DNA from: Nanobdellota archaeon
GTDB taxonomy: Archaea; Nanobdellota; Nanobdellia; Woesearchaeales; JACPBV01
Direction: 5' to 3'
Assembly (NCBI GenBank): GCA_018813685.1
Contig: JAHJAV010000018.1
Span: 9,576 to 73,575 of the forward strand
DNA: 64,000 nt
Shown piece after piece: positions 58,137 through 64,000 of the stretch (position 1 is the first letter of the stretch; each line of letters opens with the position of its first letter). The position numbers were made by a program, and so were the translations under genes. The notes under the pieces were generated by a model. It was not told where the DNA came from. It did not search any database and saw nothing but the letters and a program-made list of their open reading frames with translations.

Positions 58137-58937
58137 ATGGCAACTATAGATGGATTGAAGGGAGAGATAGATAAGATAAATAGTAAGGTTTCTCAGGCAG
58201 TGAGGATAAGGAATAAATTGTTAATGAGTATCTTAGAGTTTTGTCAAACCCTAGAACAAAACCCTGTTGATGAGGCAGCAAGACGCGGGTTGATTACAAA
58301 CATTAGCAGAGAAGAGCACTTTCTAGATATCATAAAAAAAGGAAGTAAGGAGACTGTATCTATACTAAAAAGAAGTTTAAGTGAAATTAAAAAGGTAAAG
58401 GAAAAATCTGAAGCAAAAGACCTACTGATAGAAATAATCCTAAACCTGATAGATGCTATGCGTTTTACATCTAAAAAGATACATCTAATAGAACAAAGGG
58501 TATGGTTAGGGAGAAAATTAGAAACCAGAAGATATGTACTTTTCGGAGGGAAGATATATTCGAAAAGGAGATTGATGTGGTTCATAAACTCATTAGAAGA
58601 AGAAAAAGACTTGGATGCAGAGCTGTCGCTAAGGCTCGAGGGAAAATTAGAGAAATTATTGCCTAATTTTCATAGATTGAAGAGGGAGTTAAAGATGGCA
58701 ATACCTGTCGGGCTTATCGGGGGAGCTATTGCAGGGGGAACTGTTTGGGGGTATACTGTAGAGAGAAGCGGGTCTTTTGCTCCTGATGATATGGCAAAAT
58801 TATTAATAGCTGCGGCTTCTATATGTTTTGGAGCTATATGCTTTATGCAGGAAATATCCAATCAGGAAAAGAAGATAGCATCAGAAGAGAAAGAGATAAT
58901 AAAAGTTAGAAAGGAAGAGATGAAAAAAAGAAGATAA
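58137..58937 (+). CDS. hypothetical coiled-coil protein with C-terminal TM anchor
   Basis: GLIGGAIAGGTVWG hydrophobic segment. No family assignment. Confidence 0.4.
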   Translation: MATIDGLKGEIDKINSKVSQAVRIRNKLLMSILEFCQTLEQNPVDEAARRGLITNISREEHFLDIIKKGSKETVSILKRSLSEIKKVKEKSEAKDLLIEIILNLIDAMRFTSKKIHLIEQRVWLGRKLETRRYVLFGGKIYSKRRLMWFINSLEEEKDLDAELSLRLEGKLEKLLPNFHRLKRELKMAIPVGLIGGAIAGGTVWGYTVERSGSFAPDDMAKLLIAAASICFGAICFMQEISNQEKKIASEEKEIIKVRKEEMKKRR

Positions 58938-58946
58938 TCGTAAATT

Positions 58947-60020
58947 CTATCGAGTAATTTCAAAGCTTTTAACCTGTTCTAAAAGTTCTTTGGCCTTGCC
59001 TTTTTCAAAGTGTTTTCTGACTGGCTCAATCAGTTTGCTTATTTCACTTGATACTGCTTGCTTCAAATCCATTGGATGCAGCTCTTTTTTTGAGAATGCA
59101 GCTTCAAGTTCTGCATATGAGCTGAATTCCAGGTTGCCTCCCCATTTAGCTGGACGCTCTATCTTTAATGACTTTATTTTTTCAAATAAGATATACTTGC
59201 AGTATTCCATGATTGGGTTTTCTTCAACAATGCCTTCAGGGCAATAGGCTTTGTTCATCTTTCTTTTGATGTCTTCTTCTGAGTCTGTCATAAAAATAGC
59301 AGTGTCTGGCTTTGATTTTGACATCTTTAGTTCAATTCCTCGTTCGGCTCCGCTTAATTCTGCTTTTGGGGGCTGGCCAAGGCCCATTAACATATGATGA
59401 TGAACTGCGATTGGTTTGTTATAGCCTAGTTTAGGCGCTATCTCTCTTGCTAACACGTTTACTTTTCTTTGGTCCATGCCAAGCTGAGCAATATCAATAT
59501 CTAAATGGAATATATCTGCTGCCTGCATACAAGGATAAAGTATCTGTGAAGCATGCAATGCATCTTTTTCGCTTCTTCCCATTATCTGGGAGCATCTTAC
59601 AATTCGATTTACTGTGTTGTTTCTTGCAACCTGCATCACTTTCTTCCAGTATTCATCATCTTTTACAAGGTCAGATGCCCATAATATCTCGACCTTAGAC
59701 ATATCAACATCAGCTGCTTTCCATACTTCCATAAAGTATTTGCCTGCAATTTTTATATTGTCTAAATTACCGCCTAATTTGTTATTTGCCCATGCATGCC
59801 AGTCTGCTATAAGTATCTTAAATCTGCAGCCTGCATCAATCATCTTATTAACATTGATTGCCCTTAGAATTCCCTGAGCTATATGAATATTTCCAGAGGG
59901 TTCAAAGCCATCATAGGCTATTGGAGATTTCTTTTTTTGGAGTAAGTCTTTTAGATCGTCTTCTGTTATAATCTCTTCTCCAACCTGCTTGATAAGCTCT
60001 AATCTCTTGTTTATGTCCAT
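58947..60020 (-). CDS. tyrS: tyrosyl-tRNA synthetase (archaeal type)
   Basis: GFEPSGNIHIAQG (HIGH-like) and KMSKSKPD (KMSKS). Confidence 0.75.
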   Translation of the reverse strand: MDINKRLELIKQVGEEIITEDDLKDLLQKKKSPIAYDGFEPSGNIHIAQGILRAINVNKMIDAGCRFKILIADWHAWANNKLGGNLDNIKIAGKYFMEVWKAADVDMSKVEILWASDLVKDDEYWKKVMQVARNNTVNRIVRCSQIMGRSEKDALHASQILYPCMQAADIFHLDIDIAQLGMDQRKVNVLAREIAPKLGYNKPIAVHHHMLMGLGQPPKAELSGAERGIELKMSKSKPDTAIFMTDSEEDIKRKMNKAYCPEGIVEENPIMEYCKYILFEKIKSLKIERPAKWGGNLEFSSYAELEAAFSKKELHPMDLKQAVSSEISKLIEPVRKHFEKGKAKELLEQVKSFEITR

Positions 60021-60216
60021 ATTAGAGTTATGAAAAATAATTTAGTATTTAAACTTTGGCGTTTTGTTAAGTGAATTATAAAAAATAGTAACACTTTTAT
60101 AAGAGTATGATTTTATTAGGGGTATGCACAGTAAATACAGCCACAAACTATCAGAGAGTAAATATCTGAAGAGAATATATTCTTTAGTCAGTTATAGCTC
60201 CCCACTTAAAAGATCC

Positions 60217-61515
60217 ATGAGCGGGTATGAGATGGAGTTTACGTTAGTGGATGATAGAGGGGATGTATCCAACAGATCTGAAGAGATTATAAATACGTGC
60301 AAGGAAATCAATAAGAACTTTCCAATATCTAAGGAAGTCGGAAAAAATATGATTGAAATTGCTGCCTTACCATCTACAAAGATACAGAAGACAGCACTCT
60401 ATTTTATAGACAATATCCAAAATGTGCAGACCATATGCGCTGAAAAGGGGCTTTCGTTACTTCCCCTGGGCACTTACCCTGGCAGCTTCAAGGAAAAGGT
60501 ATGGAAAAAGAAAAGATATATTTATCCTGCTAAAGTGATTGGTGATAAGAAGTATTGGTATTATTACTCGCACTGTTATGGGTTCCATTACCATTATTCA
60601 CTCCCTAAGGGCATGTTTGATCATAAGAATAAATTTCTTAATGTACATATCAAATCGCGAATTAAAAAGACACTTATTGACAGCTATAATCTTCTTATCG
60701 CTGCTGATCCTGCACTTACAACATTTACGCAGTCATCTCCTTTTGAGTCTGGAAAGTACTATGCAAAAGACACGAGAGTGCTATTCTTAAGGGGGGGCAA
60801 AAAGCTTAAGTTTGATGGGTTGTACTCTAATATGCAGTTGATGGGCGGCCTGCCCCCATACAAACAAACACTATCTGATCTTATTTCAACATTAAACAAG
60901 AAAGATAAGCGCTTCAAAAAGATGTTAATAAAAAAGGGTGCACCTAAGTCCCTAATAATGGAAAAGGACACGCTTGACTTTGTATGGAATCCAGTAAAGA
61001 TCAATAGACTTGGAACTATAGAACAGAGAGGTATGGACACAAATCACCTAAACATATGCCTGGGGGCTAGTGTGATGATCAAATTTATCCTTAGGGCAAT
61101 CCAGCAGGAATTCTATCATGTCATACCTTCAGATGTTGGATTAAAGGAACCTTTTAAGCTGGAAGGCAATGTAATATTTATACCACCCCATACCCATGTC
61201 AGGAATGTATTGCAGCGTAAATCAAGCTATAGTGGACTTGCAGATAATGAAGTCTATAATGTATGTAATCGCTTTTATAAGCTGGCAAGAAAGTTGGTAT
61301 ATAAAAACTACCTCCCTACTTTAAATGCCATAAGGGATATGATTGATACAAGAAAGACAGTATCTGATATGATAGTTAACTATGTTAAGAGGAAAGGGTA
61401 TTCTACTGATTCGGTAATTCCAAGAGAGATATCAAGGCAGATTGCACTTCTGCATGTGAAGAAGATGAATAGAGATATCGAAAAGACTAAAAAACTATAT
61501 GAGGATATTGTTTAA
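60217..61515 (+). CDS. GCS2-family carboxylate-amine ligase (gamma-glutamylcysteine synthetase-like, YbdK type)
   Basis: YEMEFTLVDDRGDV N-terminal signature. Start set at MSGYEMEF. Confidence 0.65.
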   Translation: MSGYEMEFTLVDDRGDVSNRSEEIINTCKEINKNFPISKEVGKNMIEIAALPSTKIQKTALYFIDNIQNVQTICAEKGLSLLPLGTYPGSFKEKVWKKKRYIYPAKVIGDKKYWYYYSHCYGFHYHYSLPKGMFDHKNKFLNVHIKSRIKKTLIDSYNLLIAADPALTTFTQSSPFESGKYYAKDTRVLFLRGGKKLKFDGLYSNMQLMGGLPPYKQTLSDLISTLNKKDKRFKKMLIKKGAPKSLIMEKDTLDFVWNPVKINRLGTIEQRGMDTNHLNICLGASVMIKFILRAIQQEFYHVIPSDVGLKEPFKLEGNVIFIPPHTHVRNVLQRKSSYSGLADNEVYNVCNRFYKLARKLVYKNYLPTLNAIRDMIDTRKTVSDMIVNYVKRKGYSTDSVIPREISRQIALLHVKKMNRDIEKTKKLYEDIV

Positions 61516-61516
61516 T

Positions 61517-62443
61517 ATGAAAGTAGGAGTTTGGCTGCCATTTAGGGAAAAACTGACAAGTGTCGGTGTTGAACATCCAGGGTATCTATTAAAAGAAGTA
61601 AGAGATAAGATAGTAAAGGCTCTTGAATCTGAGAAAAATATAGAACTTTTTACTAATCTGGATTTCAGGAAAGCTATAGTCCATAATGGTTCTGTTTACC
61701 TTGATGGATTCTGTTTTGATGATCTGGATGTTTTTATCTGGTTTGGTGAGTTGGGAAGAGGATCAAAAAGGATGTATCCTATCGAGATTCTGAAAGCCAT
61801 ATCAAACAAATGCAAGGTAATCAATAATCCAATTGCTTATGAAATTGGGTTGGATAAATACTTATCGTTAGAGCTTCTAAGAAAGAATGGAATCCTTGTG
61901 CCTGAAATAATGCTTATTTCACAGGATGGAGTGGAGGCTGCCAGAGAGATATTCAAAAAATGGAAAAAGGCTGCAATAAAGCCAAGGAATGGATCGTATG
62001 GAATCGGAATGGTTTATGTAGAAGATGAGCAAACTTTTGTTGACATTCTCGACTATGCAAGCAGAAATGGGGTGCATTACATCGAGAAGTTTGTACCTAA
62101 TAATATGGAAGAATGGATTGGAGTCAATGTTGTAAATAATAAGATAATATACGGCTATGGCAAAGAGAAGTCACAGATAAAAAACTGGAAAGTGCAGGAC
62201 AGGAGCAGGCAAGGTGGGCACATGATCTTAAAAAGGCCGAATGAGGAGCAAAAGGAAATCGCTTTGAAAATCGGAAAGTTAACTGGCCTAGACATATATG
62301 GTGTTGATATCATAAAAGGACTGGACAATAAGTATTATGTTGTTGATGTGAATACTTTTCCAGGGCTATACCCTGAGCTGCTCGAGAAAGCAGAGAATGA
62401 TATGTATAAAGAGATTGCTGAGATTGTTAAGAGGAAGAGATAG
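61517..62443 (+). CDS. ATP-grasp ligase (RimK / glutathione synthetase-like)
   Basis: KPRNGSYGIGMVYVE and DIYGVDIIK..DNKYYVVDVNTFPG ATP-grasp motifs. Start 2 bp after the GCS2 stop. Confidence 0.7.
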   Translation: MKVGVWLPFREKLTSVGVEHPGYLLKEVRDKIVKALESEKNIELFTNLDFRKAIVHNGSVYLDGFCFDDLDVFIWFGELGRGSKRMYPIEILKAISNKCKVINNPIAYEIGLDKYLSLELLRKNGILVPEIMLISQDGVEAAREIFKKWKKAAIKPRNGSYGIGMVYVEDEQTFVDILDYASRNGVHYIEKFVPNNMEEWIGVNVVNNKIIYGYGKEKSQIKNWKVQDRSRQGGHMILKRPNEEQKEIALKIGKLTGLDIYGVDIIKGLDNKYYVVDVNTFPGLYPELLEKAENDMYKEIAEIVKRKR

Positions 62444-62459
62444 GATTTTTGATATGGAT

Positions 62460-63971
62460 CTATAGTTTTGCAATTATTTCTGCAGCTATTCCAAAGACAA
62501 CATTCCAGGAAGCAGCAGCTAAATACCTGAATTTCAATGGAACTTTGTTCTGGATAATATAATTGACTCCAAAACCTACTGGGAGGTAACCTGCCCATGA
62601 AACTGCCCCTTTTATAGTACCTTCTTTCCACCCCTGCTCAATAAAACCCTTAATGTCAAACTTAGAATTCTTGAATATAAGAAAGCAGTAGTGCTGAACC
62701 TGCAAAGGCAGCTGTGAAAACCTTTCCAATGTTGTCCTTCCAAGAAATTTCAAGTGTTTTTCCAGCTGGCTACGATATGTATCGATGGGGATTGCCTTAT
62801 CTATCAATCGATAAAGATAAGGAGTCTGAAGAGCATACATCAGGCCAATCAGCATTGCAGTCATAAGCTCTCCCTCACTAAGATCCTTACCCATAATCAT
62901 TTTTTTAAATAATACATTGGAAGTTGCAAATGCAGCCATATTAGTAGTAATATTAGTAATCAATGTATCATTTATCTTTTTATCAGAGTACCATCTTAAG
63001 AAAGCAACCCAAACCTTTTTATGGGCTTCAAGAAAATCTGTATATAAGTCATACTCATTAAGAAGATAATCAACTGTCTTTTTTTGATTTTGGTATTCCC
63101 CAACACCTAAACCTATCCTAAATCTTTTTCTGGAATCTGGAACTTCGAATATAAATGAGTTTACTCTTTTCCTTACTGCACTCCTTAATGAAGCTTCATT
63201 TACACTAATCAAATATCTTACCCTTACTGCAGATAACAACAATGCATTTTTTCTATCTTTTAATATGTTATATTCAGAGTATGATCTGATCAATGCTTTT
63301 ATTGCAGAACTTTTGTCCTTAATATCATTTTCAGCCACATATTTACCCACTGCAATATCAATCTTGGATTTATTATATCTCATAAACCTATCAAACTTTT
63401 CCTTAAATGAGAACCTATCATTTATATGGGGCCTGAGTTCTTGGTCAATTACAAATTCTCCCTGGATGAAGTTCCCGGAAAATGGGTCTTCGACAAGCAG
63501 AGGTTTTGGTCTTTCTAAGGCATAGGGAGTTAAAAAACCATCCTTAACCCTGGGGTAAAGAAGGTCATAGAACCCTTCCTGGATAGACTGAAGCCTTAGG
63601 AGTATGCTTTTTTTTATTTGGCGTATTGAGTCATGCCTGGATGCTTTCTTTCTGAATTTAGTGAGTAATTGCTGTTCGCCTTGAGGCCCAAACAAAAGGC
63701 TACGCTGTTCTTCCATTAACTCAAGAAGTTCCTTTCTTTTTTTCAAAACTGCCCAATTAGTCTTACATTCCCCAAAAAGTTTTAGCTGTTTATCTAAGTT
63801 TTCATGTAGTTGTTGTAAGATCCTATGAAGTTCGAACAATTCTTGCTGTTCGGATTCATCAACTTCAAATCGGCTTATTCCTCTTCTGATTTCTTCTGCT
63901 TTTTCCAGTATATGTTCTTCATCATAAATGGCTTTTTTTACTGCATATACTGATTTTCTGAGTTTATTCAA
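62460..63971 (-). CDS. hypothetical protein (503 aa) with hydrophobic C-terminus
   Basis: Long ORF with coding-like composition. No motif recognised. Confidence 0.45.
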   Translation of the reverse strand: MNKLRKSVYAVKKAIYDEEHILEKAEEIRRGISRFEVDESEQQELFELHRILQQLHENLDKQLKLFGECKTNWAVLKKRKELLELMEEQRSLLFGPQGEQQLLTKFRKKASRHDSIRQIKKSILLRLQSIQEGFYDLLYPRVKDGFLTPYALERPKPLLVEDPFSGNFIQGEFVIDQELRPHINDRFSFKEKFDRFMRYNKSKIDIAVGKYVAENDIKDKSSAIKALIRSYSEYNILKDRKNALLLSAVRVRYLISVNEASLRSAVRKRVNSFIFEVPDSRKRFRIGLGVGEYQNQKKTVDYLLNEYDLYTDFLEAHKKVWVAFLRWYSDKKINDTLITNITTNMAAFATSNVLFKKMIMGKDLSEGELMTAMLIGLMYALQTPYLYRLIDKAIPIDTYRSQLEKHLKFLGRTTLERFSQLPLQVQHYCFLIFKNSKFDIKGFIEQGWKEGTIKGAVSWAGYLPVGFGVNYIIQNKVPLKFRYLAAASWNVVFGIAAEIIAKL

Positions 63972-64000
63972 TCTCCCATAATTCCATAAATGAATCCATT

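Noticed and set aside
1-64000. CRISPR arrays, rRNA genes, integrase/transposase ORFs
   Set aside because: No short direct-repeat/spacer periodicity was seen. No rRNA-like GC-rich blocks were found beyond those assigned above. No protein in the window has recognisable tyrosine/serine recombinase or DDE/TnpB motifs, so whatever mobilises the repeat-flanked elements is encoded elsewhere.

Overview
AT-rich archaeal chromosomal segment. Genes use archaeal-type ribosomal proteins, RpoD/RpoN and Sec61beta, and several starts have Shine-Dalgarno-like GGAGG/GGGGG motifs. Core content: a class I fumarase (alpha and beta subunits) plus malic enzyme module; a large branched-chain amino acid cluster on the minus strand (leuA-ilvB-ilvH ... 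leuC-leuD-leuB-ilvC); the S13-S4-S11-RpoD-tRNALeu-L18e-L13-S9-RpoN ribosomal/RNAP operon followed by LeuRS; and GyrA interrupted by a 524-aa HNH-type intein. Also present: ScpB, tRNA-splicing endonuclease, FEN1, a proteolysis cluster (PAN plus four peptidases), TyrRS, and a GCS2 plus ATP-grasp ligase pair. RNA genes recognised: tRNA-Leu(GAG), tRNA-His(GUG), RNase P RNA (P4/CR-I/CR-V motifs), and a C/D-box sRNA. An accessory island at about 19.1-23.8 kb carries HepT/MntA and another nucleotidyltransferase pair, a direct-repeat-bounded cassette with a YgiT-type zinc-ribbon gene, and a gene of atypical composition. The most unusual signal is a family of three GC-rich, highly structured 130-180 bp elements (A at about 3.2 kb, B at about 18.9 kb, C at about 31.4 kb). 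They share sequence modules and show compensatory base changes in conserved hairpins. In two cases they sit exactly at the stop codon of a gene and are flanked by 11-17 bp direct repeats that duplicate the gene 3' terminus. The 0.8-kb cassette has the same insertion signature. This fits an uncharacterised structured-RNA or MITE-like insertion family that targets gene ends. No CRISPR array or rRNA gene is present in this window.
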